Shown piece by piece: positions 27,613 through 40,031 of a stretch of DNA of 64,000 nt. How positions within the stretch are numbered: position 1 is the stretch's first letter; each line of letters opens with the position of its first letter. Position numbers and translations under genes: made by a program. A model generated the notes under the pieces. The model worked only from the letters and a program-made list of their open reading frames with translations, did no database searches and was not told the origin of the DNA. The stretch is from Trichinella spiralis (taxonomy: Eukaryota), in assembly GCF_000181795.1 (NCBI RefSeq), contig NW_003526941.1, forward strand, positions 10,763,478 through 10,827,477, in the 5' to 3' direction.

Positions 27613-30600
27613 CTATATGTCTGTCTAAATATGTCTTTTCTCTTTTCTCTCTGTTTGTCTGTTCGTTGACGCGGGTCCGCATTCTTCCCAGCTTGCCGAG
27701 CAAAGAAAGAAGAGAATCGATGTCCGCCATTGCACGTGATCGTCATTTGCCATCATCTTATGTGGACGACGTCGATTGAGTTACGTGAATTAACCTGCCA
27801 AAGCGCGCGCATCTGCCCGTCCGATCACCAATCCAGATAGCTGCCAGCATCGTCATGCAGCGGTGAGTTTTTTTTTCTTTTTTAATCTTCTTCTTCTGCA
27901 TCTCATTACAGATAGGTATATTATGTTGTTGTTGTTGTTTTTTAAATTTTCTTCTGTACCAATAATTAATTTCTTTTCGTCCACTTCTGATTTCTGATCA
28001 ACTCACATCTTTGAAACAGTGAACGATATTTTTCATATATAACGCATAGTTATTATTATAATAAGCAAGCAGACGGGAAAGGTTTGTTGAAAATTAAACA
28101 AGCTTCGGGCGCGACCGACTCCATCATTTGTCGAAAGTGTGCATCTTTGAGTACATCTTCATTTTCGTCAACCTTAGGCCACACAGATGATAAATAGTAC
28201 CTGCAGCATATCGATTAAGCATGCTCCATCTTTTTCACCGTACCATCTGTGTGTTCCATTCTTTCGTTCAGTCATTCGGTCTGTCCTTCTTATAGGATAA
28301 ACAACGTTTGTGGTTTGTCGTTTTGATTGCAAATCTCTTTTTCTAGCTTTTGTCCACACACAGCACAGCTTACTACTACTACTGTAAGCAAAGGTATAAG
28401 AAATCAATAATGATAATATAATATACACAGTTGTTGTCTGTCCTTGGAAAAATTTTTCCACTTTCCACATTCAGCAATAAATAAATATATGTATGTTGGA
28501 CAAAAAAAACGTTGCTGTGATGTTGTTGTCAACGTAAAAAATTAGTGTTGATGTTGTTTTTTTTAATAAACGTGTGTAAGCTTTTTCTATGCATCTTGGC
28601 GTCGTCGTCGTTCCTCGACCTCTGCACAAATCGTAAATGAGAGTATGTAGTTTTAGCTAGTGGTGACGTGTTGTGTTGTTTTATTCGTAGCCGGCAGCTA
28701 ATTTTTCGACAAGCTTAAACACACAACACACGTGTGTATGTGTGTGTGTATGTGTGTTAGCGTCAGTTGAAACTAGTTGATGAAAACCGTAGCCGGCTAT
28801 CACCGTAGTGGAGTAGCGTTGTCGTTTTTATTAATGCTTTTTTCCTTTTTTCTTTTTATCTGTCTTCTTCTCTTCCTTTATGCTTTCTTTCCTTCTTTGC
28901 TGAAAGTATTTTTCTCATTGCTTTGTCGTGCAATTTTGGTCGTCGTCACCTGATCGATCACGCGTTAGTGGCCAGCCAGCCGGCTGGCTCTCGAAAAATT
29001 CCGCGCCTGGCCGCGCCCCAGTCGAAACGTTGGCCGGCTAATATAAAGCCAACAAGCTTGAGAACTTTTTCGTTTGTGACAAGCTCAACTGCCGGTGCGC
29101 CAACAATTTCCACTTGTGGACGTAATTTTGTAGATTGTCTACCGGAAACGTGCCAGTCGATCAGACTACATCTACGGCTACATTATTTTGATTGTCTCTA
29201 ATCGACCGATTGAACCGCTAAGCTGAATCATAACAGAAACAGAAAACCCGCTCTTACTTTCATTACTAAAATTTTCTAATTTACCACTGTATCATTACAT
29301 GTATGTATGTATGTATGCAGGTATTTATGTATGTATATGTGTCCGTGTGTGATTGTTTTTCTTTTCGTTTTTAACATATTCATCAACTGATCATAATTTA
29401 GTGTAGTTAGAATTAACTAGTATTCTAAGTTGATCATCATAAGCAGAAAAGTGTTCAGCCGACAAATGGTATACATGTAAATTATATATGAGAAAATTTT
29501 CCAATTTTTATGCTTGGCAAAATTGTTTTTCTATTAATCACAAAGTAATACTAATTATTGCCCTTGTATTAATATTAATCCAGACAGACATTCGCTTACA
29601 GTTTGTTCAATAGCATCATCATCATTTACAATACAGAATGAAAAAGACTAACTGCTGAAATATTGCTCAAGTTTGTGATAATCGTGTGTGTGTGTGTGTG
29701 TGTGTATGGTAAAATTTAAACAAAAACAACGCGTTACTATTATTGCAGATAATGTCTGATTTAGAACGGTTGTGATGTGATTGATGACTGTAAATAATAA
29801 TAGTGATGATGCAGACTGATGATTCAAATTCTGCCCAGCTTTACGTTGTGTATACTATTTTAAATTATAAAAGTCGAACAGATCCGTGCAAGTGATGATT
29901 TCCCCTTCTGTGTGAAAAATTACTGTGACATTTGGTGGAGCATGTAAGTAAGATTGAATGAAAAAGTTCCAGCACAAGCAATATTCATGTACCAACATTG
30001 TAAAGCGAATGTGATTCAGCTGAGCATATCTTGCTGCACCGTCAGTGGAATTTTTCAAAATTCACCTTACCATTCCCCAACATATCTATCCGCCCGCACA
30101 GACGCGCGCACGCGCATATACACATACACATACACGCACGCACACGCACGCATAAACACAATGCACGTTAATCAGTTTGACGATGTTTGAAGGTTTTTGG
30201 CTAGGGTCGGCCGTAATTACGACAAATTTGTGTATTTTCTGGTCGAATTCGATTACCCGGCGCCGGCGACCGGGCCTCACTGTTGGCCCATAACGAACGG
30301 CCGCCGTCCGATGATGACTCGACAATCAATCCCACCTTAATGAGGCTCGATTGAAAAGAACGTCGCGCGCCCATCTTTAATCACTTGCACTCTCACAGTT
30401 GGATCTTCGGCATTGGCAAATAGAAGTGAAGGTAGGTAAACACAATTTATGTATTGATGAACTCTGCCACTGCGCTTCCGCTCATTCGGCGGCTTCTTCA
30501 ACACACACACACATTCAACTAACAACAATTCATTGCTTTCGTTAGCTAGACATTTTCGGCTAATGCAGGTGGCGCTGCTTATACATTCTAGTATATATTA

Positions 30601-33600
30601 TCAGGGTTTTTACTGCAAACTACTATTATATAGAACAACAACAACAACATTTAATGCTAGTATTGTTGCTCATGTATTATTATACTATCCATTTTGTATC
30701 ACTGATACAGCTCTATATATATATATATATAAGTTTAGCAGAACTGAGTACCAGTTGTGAAAGTAATTCGAATCCGTCTCACAGTGAGCTTAAGCAACAA
30801 CCCTGAGCAGGATAAATTCTCATCGAATGCAATAATATTACAGAATTAGGAAATTTTAGTTCAATATTTACCTATGCTCCTTTTTCTTGGGTGTCAGTTT
30901 CGTCTTCTCTTAAAAGACAACGAACGATTGCTGGAAAATGGAAAGAGAACAACACCATATCACCGATTTGGAAAGTGCAAAGAATTCAATAAAACGGTTA
31001 GATAATTTGCGGCGAAAAGATATTATCAAATTGATATGAAAAAGCGACGGTGAAATTTGCATGCTTAGCACCTGGCCGCAGGAATGAAAACGTCGGCCAG
31101 TGGCATTCAGTGATTAATTAGCGCGTTTGAGAAGTGAGCTTTCTGGCTTGGCTGGCATCTCCTGATGCACTTGCTCGTTGTCTTCGAAACGACAAGCCAC
31201 ACGACAATGATAGATCACAGGCATTTTGCCGAGCTGTGGTGAAGGTAATGCCGGAGGCGCATTCCAACCCACCGCCGTCTCTTGTTATTCCTCCTATTTA
31301 CAATGATAAATTAAGCCCCGAAACAGCAACGTTGGCTGAACGTTTTCTAAACACACAATTCTACATATACATATATATATATATAGCATCGACTGCGCAG
31401 ACAACAAACTGCCAACAATATGTGCTCATTTTTCAATTTATTCCAATTGGCCAGTTGGCTGGACGTGTTCAAAAATTCTCGCGGTTCCTAGCCAACCTGA
31501 CCGCGGCAACGGCAATGCAATGAGAGATGATGATATGATCGTTATTGAAGCGCTTCTTTTTCAACTTCATCCAGCCGACTTGCTGAAAAAGCACGCTTGG
31601 TTGAATCCGTATTTGCTTGTAATACCGCGGTGAAGATTAAAATTTTTGTCATTTCATATATTTCACGACATTGCAGTCAGTATCTTTGCCGTGATCGAGG
31701 ACCGCATGCATGCATGTAGTGGACACACGATCGCAGATCATCAATTCCCAGAACCGCTTATTGCCCATCTGTCAAGCGTTTGAATCCGCGGCGCGAAACG
31801 GCGTCCCGGCGCCGGTCGATCCTTTGCCTTGTCAGGTACTTATCGCTGATTGACTTTGAAAAATATATTTTTTCCCATCCCTGACATCCAGCAGATAGTG
31901 GCTAAAAATTCACAAACATGCGCGCTGCTAAGCTTTCCTCGCGAGGCTCGTCGTCCGCAGAGACCCTTGGGAACCCAATTCGGCAATGAAATGTCTTAGC
32001 CAATCGCCCATTATGGTTGCTCAGGCTTAATAGCGCTTCACGTGCGATCAGGCTGCACTTGTCCACCAGTCGGCTTCCTCTATTATTTATCCAAGCACCT
32101 CTACGCGTTTTGATTAAAGCGAAACTAACATGCCATTTCCAATTCTATCTATCTTCTCCACTTACAATACAGTACATCATCATCAGCTCTGCTTACCTGT
32201 ACGTCAGTTTTTTTTATCTTGCAACAAATTATCTTTTTGAAAACAATTTTTCTTACAAATCTTGAACATTCATACTTATACTTATTCATATTCATTCATT
32301 CATTCATTCATTCATTGTTCATCATCACATAAAAAATTTTGTTTCTATTCATAAATAGTGGAACATGAAATTTATTGTAAATTTTTACCAGATAAATTTA
32401 TTTATTGATTTTTTTGAAATCAAACTTCTTCAATAATTACATAAAGCTCATTAATATGTGTATGATAATTTTGTATGAGAATGAATACGCCGCGTAAGAG
32501 GAAAATAATTGTACATCTTCTCTTGACACAATCTTCTACTTTGAAATTTTTCCATTTAATTTATAAACAAACATCACCTATATGCATAATGGACGTGTTG
32601 TAAAAAGAACTCGTACAATAGTGGTTTGTAATAATTTTCAAGAAACTATTTGCTTGATTTTTTTCCTGATAGATGTTAGATATGAAGATGAAAAAGTCTA
32701 CCCGTTTGCTTGTTTCATCAAATACAGTTTAAACTGGTTTATATTGAATAATAATACCGAATAATGATTTACAATGTGTAGAATGTTGTAAAAATTAATA
32801 ATTTTCCCATAAATAAAAAAAATATATATGTTGAATAGAAGAGATTTATTTTGAAGAAAAGTAGAATTTTGAAGGTAAGGAGGCGGCAGCTTAGATGTTT
32901 ATGAGACGGCCAAGATGATGATGATGATGATGATGATCATGCATAAACAGATTGAGCGAAAAATCCAATAAAATAAGGTTGACCTTGATTGAACGAAGTG
33001 CAGGCGGTCCCCCGCGGACCCTAATACATCATCCGATGGTCAGAAAGCGGAAATTGGCATTTTGTTGGTGTTTACGTTGATTACACGGCCGGACAGTTTT
33101 GCTTTCCACGTCGTCCAGCAGAATTGAGAGGGGGGGGGCGCCAGAAAAAAAGAGGCAAGAAAATAGACGTATAAATAACACTAACAGGTGGCAAGAAAAT
33201 CAGCTTTGTTCTTGTCCCATTGGCCTTCGGTTCTCGGTTAGCATTCGTTTCACCTATTTACATTGTATAATTGCTTTTTGCAATCGGTCCATGAAAAGAA
33301 TATCGATCGCCGTTGAATGGTCGCGCCCGTCTTAAGCTATATAAAGTGGTCGTGTCAAAGTTAACCGTGTCGGTTTGTTGTCATTTCCGCGTTAGTTGTG
33401 TGATCACAAATTTGTATATTATAAAAATTATATAATAAAATATCAAAAATAGCACCACCAACACAATAAAACCAACCAACAATAATTAGAATTATATTTT
33501 GTAATGGGAATATGAATGAAAAAGATGGAAAATGAATAAAGTTAAACAAGGTGATGAGTGAATTGTGAAAATTATTCCACCGAAACAGATTGTGTGAAAA

Positions 33601-34717
33601 TGAGAAAAAGGAAACGGATTAGGCAACGAGGATCAACGACAAAAACACAGACAACGTCGATTAGTTTGCACGTCACGCGCGCGCAATAGCTGCTTGCTCG
33701 CTTGCTTGCTTGGATGCTGCTGCTAAAAGCGAATGCGTTCATTGCCTGCATGCGTCATCTGCAATGACGAATTCGGCCCAAATCTTCAGTCTAGGCGAAC
33801 TACCGTAGCGGTTAATCAGCAATCCAACCTTCCCTTGATTACCTAGAATGGCTCCGCTAAAATTCTAATTAATCAATTTTTCAATTCCATTCTCTCTCAT
33901 TGGTCAATTGTAATTGGCCCAAGCGTAAAAGGTTGAAGAAGTTGGAATAATCACGTTGAAAATGAAACCCTAGCAGCGGTTGAAATTGAATTTTTGGCGA
34001 AAATTAATTCAATTAATAATAATATTAATAAATCATCTCGGCAAAGAAATAAAAAGGAATTGTTTAATTTTTATTCAACTGCGAAAATGGACGACAAAAT
34101 TTCCCCTCACCCCCTTTTCCCCATTATTAACTGTAATTTAATTAAACGATCTCAAATCAAACATTGAATAACAACATTTGCCACATGTTTGTCATCAACT
34201 TGAAAACACAAATTCAACATATTCTATATATATATGCCACCGTTGTCTGAAGCTTTCTTTTCACAATGATAATAATAAATGTTAAAAACATTTTTTCTTT
34301 TTCTTGCAAATACACTGTAACAATAAATAAATAAAATCACAAATCTCCTGCATTTTGATAAATATTTTTTTCTAAAAAAATATTTTCTATAATAAAAGTT
34401 GTAAAAAGTTTCAAAAATTAACCACAAATTATTATTTTAAATATTTTTTGTGACCGTAAAAAGTGCTTCAGTATTTAAATAAGTGTTTCCCCACTGTGTG
34501 TGACATGATTGAATATAATATTTGTAGATTGAAAATTGCGCAACGTTCAACACCAATAACCCAACAATACATAACCGAAGAAGATGAAATTTAAATAAAG
34601 GTAAGTATTGCTTGTTCAAATTGTTCAGGTGTAATTGACATCTGATATGCAATTTTGATTAAACTCTACAACTGAATGTAACTAACAACCTTCTGAGAAT
34701 TGTCCATTTTTAGCAGA

Positions 34718-34720
<3 letters not shown>

Positions 34721-34757
<37 letters not shown>
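34721..34757. repeat. (AT)n microsatellite
   Basis: Visible directly in the sequence. Confidence 0.95.
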
Positions 34758-34764
<7 letters not shown>

Positions 34765-35648
34765 TAATAATTGTTATTATTGTGTTTGTTTGTGCATTTT
34801 TTTTAATTCAGAGCTGGTCAAAGCAGACGGTCGGTCGGTCGGTCAGCTTCAAAGAACGTCAAATCCTTGCTGCGTTGAAGCTGTTCGTGTTCGGTCAAGC
34901 TTGCAAAGTGTGGCCACTGAGTAGTTTAGGTTAAGCATGAGAGCGTTCGGACGCGCTGTTGCGCAAACGGTCGGCTCTTCTTTAGCTTTTCACAGCTTAT
35001 AAGACACAGGAGCAGAGTCGACAGCCGCGACAGCAAAACTGAAACGTTCGGCAGATGGGGTTAAGAAAAAAGCATGGAGTAGGAAGGAGGGGGGAGAAGA
35101 GGGAAAGAAAGGTGACGCAAAATCTAGAAAAGAAACGCAAATGTCGATGACCGGTGGGCCGAAAAATCTACTTCGACCCGAGATGACCGCCACTCACACA
35201 CACAGCTGTGCTGTTTTGCTTGTGTATCAAGCTTTTATTTCTTTTTTATTTTTGCTTTGACGTCGTCGAACGAAGCAGCACAACATCCAGAAAAGCATCT
35301 GTCACTAAAATTTCAGTCAATACCTGTCAGGTGTCGGTAACGAATGTGGAAACGTTGCCGGGTCCTTAATGAAGCCTATCAATCACAGTCGCAGTATCTC
35401 GTTTGGTCTTTTAAACCAAATCTGACGAGTCAGCGTTTCCGCGATTTCGACCAACTGTCGCGATTTTAATAAAAAGAAACAACCTGCTTGCTCATTTTAT
35501 AATATGCTTAAAGAGGTTGTTGTATTTTTAGCAGATAAAAGATACAACCGGGTCGCCGAGTCGCCTCGGTCCACCCGGAAATTTCCAAGTCTAAAAAGTC
35601 TTCCAAGTAAAACGAAAGTGCCAACCAACATTTCTCAAAGTCAAAGCG

Positions 35649-37577
35649 ATGGAAACTACTGAAACGGGAAAAAGTGAACCACCAAACGAAACGGCAGAAA
35701 CTGACGCTGCAGTGGTCGTTTTGCCAACTGAACCGATTTCTAATACGTCGGAACCGACCCGGCGCTTCAAATGCCCCCACTGTGTTAAAGCGTTCAAATT
35801 CAAGCACCACCTGAAAGAGCACGAGCGCATACATAGCGGTGAAAAGCCGTTCCAATGCCCGCACTGTTTGAAACGATTTTCTCATTCCGGTTCCTTCAGC
35901 TCGCACATGAACCGCGACAAGTGCTCCACAATCGTCCCTGCTAATACCAATACTACTACTACTAATAATAATAATAGTTTTGCACTGTTGGCAAATCATG
36001 CCACCAATGCGGACATCCTGACGGTGATGCAACAGCAACAACAACAGTCATCCCAGGCGATGAACCATTTACAGAACGAAGATGAGATGATTTTTCCATA
36101 CAGACTACTTTTGGAACGTATTCATACTCAACAAGAAAACATCATGATGCAACAGGATAATAATAATTTACAGTTGGGGATGGTCAATCAAGCACAACGA
36201 CAACAACACGACAACCACGAGCAACAGCAGCTTAGTAATGAAAATCCAACAAGCAGTACTAGTAGTAGTAGTAGTAGTACAAATGGATTGTTGTTAAGTT
36301 CAAGATCAGCTAAAGAAAGACCGTCACGCAACCGCAACTATTTATCCGAGGAACAAGTGGCAGTTTTGAATAATCATTATCGGAACAAGCCGTTTCCGTC
36401 CAAAGCTGAACTGGCTGCTTTGGCGGCGCATCTTGGCATTGGCAAACGCGTCGTTCAAGTTTGGTTCCAGAACACCCGCGCCAAAGAACGTCGAAGCAGC
36501 AGAGCCGCGGCCGCCACCGCCGCCGCCGCCACAGCAGCCACAGCCGCTGCCGCCGCCGCGGCCACCCTCTCCACCGCGGTGGCCACACCCGCCGCCCCGA
36601 CTGCGGCGGTTCCACTGATCAATCCATTTCTGAGCTGGACCAACACGGCCAATGGATTTGTGCCACCGGCGACAATGCTGCCCATGCTTTTTTCGCCGTT
36701 CAGTTACATCTGGCTGAACGCGGCCGCCGCCGCTGCAGTGGCTGCCAGCGCAGCCGAGGCGATGGGCTCCACCCCGCGACCCAATGCCGACACCAACCCC
36801 CAGCCTGAAACCACACCGGTTGCCGATGAACAACCCCTGGATTTGTCACTCCGTGCCCAACGAACGACAACCCCGTTGCTAGCTGACCAGACTAAGCAAA
36901 CGAACCACCACCACCAGAACCACCAGCAGCAGCAGCGGCAGCAACCAGAGGTGACCACCACGACGAATGACGACAAAGAGGCTTCCAGTTTGTTGGCATT
37001 TGTCCAACGCGAAGGCCAGCGGATTACCCAAACAATGCAACAAGCCAGGCTTGTTCCTTCGTACGGTTGTGAGCTTGTTTCGCCAACAGAGACTAGATCG
37101 GTGCCGGCCACACCGGAAATGTCGCCGTCCGGCAGCGGCAGCAGTGCCGCGACCACACCCCTGTGGACGAACGTGTCCATGGCCAGCTTATACGGCAAGC
37201 GCAGTCCGGCGCCGAAACGCACTTTGGCCGACGTGGTCAACGAGTTGAACGAAAGCAGTCTGAAGCGTAGACGTTCTTGGAAAGAGCACAAGGTGCAGGA
37301 TGAAGGCCTGTATGCCTGTGATCAGTGCGACAAAATGTTCGGCAAGCAGAGCAGTTTGGCTCGACACAAATACGAACATTCGGGTAAAGTCAACATTTCT
37401 GTATGTTTTGTTTTTGTTTTTCTTTTCTACACCACATAATAAGTGGAAAATTAATTTTTCCAAAAACGAACATTATTAATCAGAAACTATCCCATATCAT
37501 CAAGATTAATTACTGCTGACAGAGCTGATTTTTCAATGAAAGCAAAGTAGCAATATTTTAAAGAGGACTAAAATATA

Positions 37578-37632
<55 letters not shown>

Positions 37633-38268
37633 TAGATGATAAAACATGTATATATATTTTTATGTTATTCAAACTTAGAAGATTTCTCTGTGATAATATG
37701 TGTACGGTTCATGTTAAGAAAAGATCCAGTGAAAAAGTTTTGAGCAGTGTAGATAAAAACTAGCTCAATTCTCGCGTAGAAGAGGCAATTAAAATAATGA
37801 TAATGACAAATGCTTAGTTTGAAGCCAAGTTTTCAAATATTTTCCACTGGACAGCTTTGACAAATTTCAGGCATAAATAAAGCCGTTCCCTTTGCTTTGC
37901 AGGTGTGATATTTTTTTATTTTGACACGCACATCCTGCTTATAATCTGCAAACGATACAAAGTTGGCAATAATTTCTTAAGCGACACATAAACACACATC
38001 CGTTTCTCTATTATAACATTAAAGCATTGTCTGATTTTTGTTGTAAATGAATAATTCTGTTTTTCTTTGTTTAGGACAACGCCCATATAAATGCGACGTC
38101 TGCGAAAAGGCATTTAAGCACAAACATCACTTAACTGAACACAAACGACTGCACAGCGGTGAAAAACCGTTTCAGTGTAACAAGTGCCTGAAACGCTTCT
38201 CACATTCTGGTTCATATAGCCAACATATGAATCATCGTTATTCTTACTGTGCACCATACCGCGAATAA
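35649..38268 (+). CDS. zag-1: ZEB/Zfh1-family zinc finger-homeodomain repressor, ~642 aa, 2 coding exons
   Basis: Exons 35649-37383 and 38075-38268 (G|gtaaag...ttag|GA). Two N-terminal C2H2 fingers ([29 protein letters not shown]), homeodomain ([16 protein letters not shown]), CtBP motif PLDLS and three C-terminal fingers ending HMNHRYSYC. Contains poly-Ala, poly-Gln and poly-Ser tracts. Confidence 0.96.
37573..37630. repeat. (AT)n microsatellite in the zag-1 intron
   Basis: Visible directly in the sequence. Confidence 0.95.
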
Positions 38269-40031
38269 GTTTCGTATTCATCGTGTGTTTTTTTTCACTT
38301 CCCAATCACCCAAATTACTTATTCATTATACTACTCAGTTAGCTTTCTAATGATCGTTGAAGCAATGTTGTCTATAGGTAAAGCGAAAATGTAAAATGTT
38401 GTCTATAGGTAGTTAGTTATCAATTACTGACCCAAAGTGGTCCATCTGTGGCCAATCACTTAAGCAGCTCCTTGCTCAAAGCAACGAGACTGTTTTCTCA
38501 TTCAGCTTGATCCACTTTTCTCTATCACTTACTTTTTTTATGCACTTCAAATTTATTATATATATACATTTTTTTGTTTTTAAATTATTCGGTCGGTTCT
38601 TCCAATTTACCAATTATTATTATTTGTGAATTCTTGGTTCCGGTTGTAGTTGGTTTTTGCTGTACAAAAAATGCTCTTTTACTACTTCTGTTTCTTTTTT
38701 CATAAATCAATTTCGCCAACAGGGATAACAAATCCAGGTCCTTTGCACTGTTGTACAGTCCGCTTTTGTCTTCTTCATATTTATCACCGCATGCAGGTTT
38801 GTTTGCTTCCTTTTTTCTGTGCATTCAAATTTTCAACATTCACATTGATTGATGTAGCTTCCATCTCTTGCCATTGTGCTGTATGTACATCGTTCAAATA
38901 TATACACATATATCGCTTAGATCAAGGTTCATTCTTCCATTCTTCAAATGTATATACTTAAAAGAAAAAAGCTGTTTCTCTTTCTGGCTGCTATTTACTT
39001 AAATTTCTATCCAATTCCACTATCAGACGAAGCTTTTTTCCGGTGTTTATACGAAGCATTTCCTGGTGTTATTATGATAATCAGTGCAACTAAATGTTTT
39101 CGTTTCCTCTTTTCTTTCTCTTTCTTCTTTTCGCTTTCATTATCAAGTTCTGTTGTGTTCTGTTCTGTTCTGTTCTTGTACAAATAATTTTCACTTCATA
39201 ATTTGGAAATAATTTTTCCAATTTTGGAGCCAGGACTAACAACGAAGCAGTAGAATCCAATACATTAAACATATATCTACTGAACTGGACACAAATTCGA
39301 AGACTGAAAATGTATTGGCCAGTTGACTGATTATTATCATTATTATTATTTGTGCTCCCGCTAGTTCACAGAACGCATATGTCTTCTACCTTGATTTGGA
39401 TATGTTACTTCGTTTCGTTGATTTGTTTTTCAAAATCAAGATGCTGTTTTCGTATTATAGTAGTTTGTAGTTGGGAATTAAAAAAAATAACAAAGAAGCA
39501 ATGCAATCTCGAATGAAAAAATGGTTAAAGAAAGTTAAAACTTGAATGCACATATATCCATCCATCCATCCATACATACATACATACATATATATACATA
39601 ATTTATATAGGTATGTACATCATGAGTTCAGGTTAGCTGTTTAATCGACTGCAGCAGTACATTGCAAAGACAACAGCGCATAAAAAGTACAGGCAAACTT
39701 GGGATAAAAATTTCAACATTGCCCGTTTTCGGCTTGCAAACAACATATCGACACGAACATATTATCAATACATACCGCATATATGTATGTTGAAAATAAA
39801 TTGAAAAATAAAAGACAACAGGGATATAATGTACTAAAAGAAGAGGTGTATGAAGAGTCCAACTGAGAACAAATGGATGAATGATTGAAAATTTTGAAAT
39901 GGGATGAATTTTTGTTTGTTGTCACAAACAACACACACACACACACACACATACACACATAAACATATATGCTGCTATTGTTTTGGATGTTTGCGACGAA
40001 TAAAAATCACAACCCAACAAGTTTGAAGAAA

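Larger units (their letters stand above)
19700..35500. promoter_or_regulatory. Extended non-coding upstream region of zag-1 with multiple GC-rich islands
   Basis: No spliceable coding model found between the lipase ATG (18674) and the zag-1 ATG (35649). Discrete GC-rich blocks at about 21640-21830, 24150-25030, 27400-27870, 28900-29220, 30180-30500, 31050-32080, 33000-33900 and 34810-35480. Regulatory role is inferred. Confidence 0.5.

Noticed and set aside
35508..37463. Several long antisense and alternate-frame ORFs over zag-1 (up to 195 aa)
   Set aside because: Shadows of GC-rich, low-complexity coding sequence. No domains or independent splice structure.
38269..39720. miR-200/miR-236/miR-8 seed sites (CAGTATT) in the zag-1 3' UTR
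   Set aside because: Searched by eye and found none.
38269..40031. Long 3' UTR overlap between zag-1 and noah-2 implied by canonical AATAAA positions
   Set aside because: Several variant signals (CATAAA, ATTAAA, AATGAA) lie in between, so overlap cannot be inferred.
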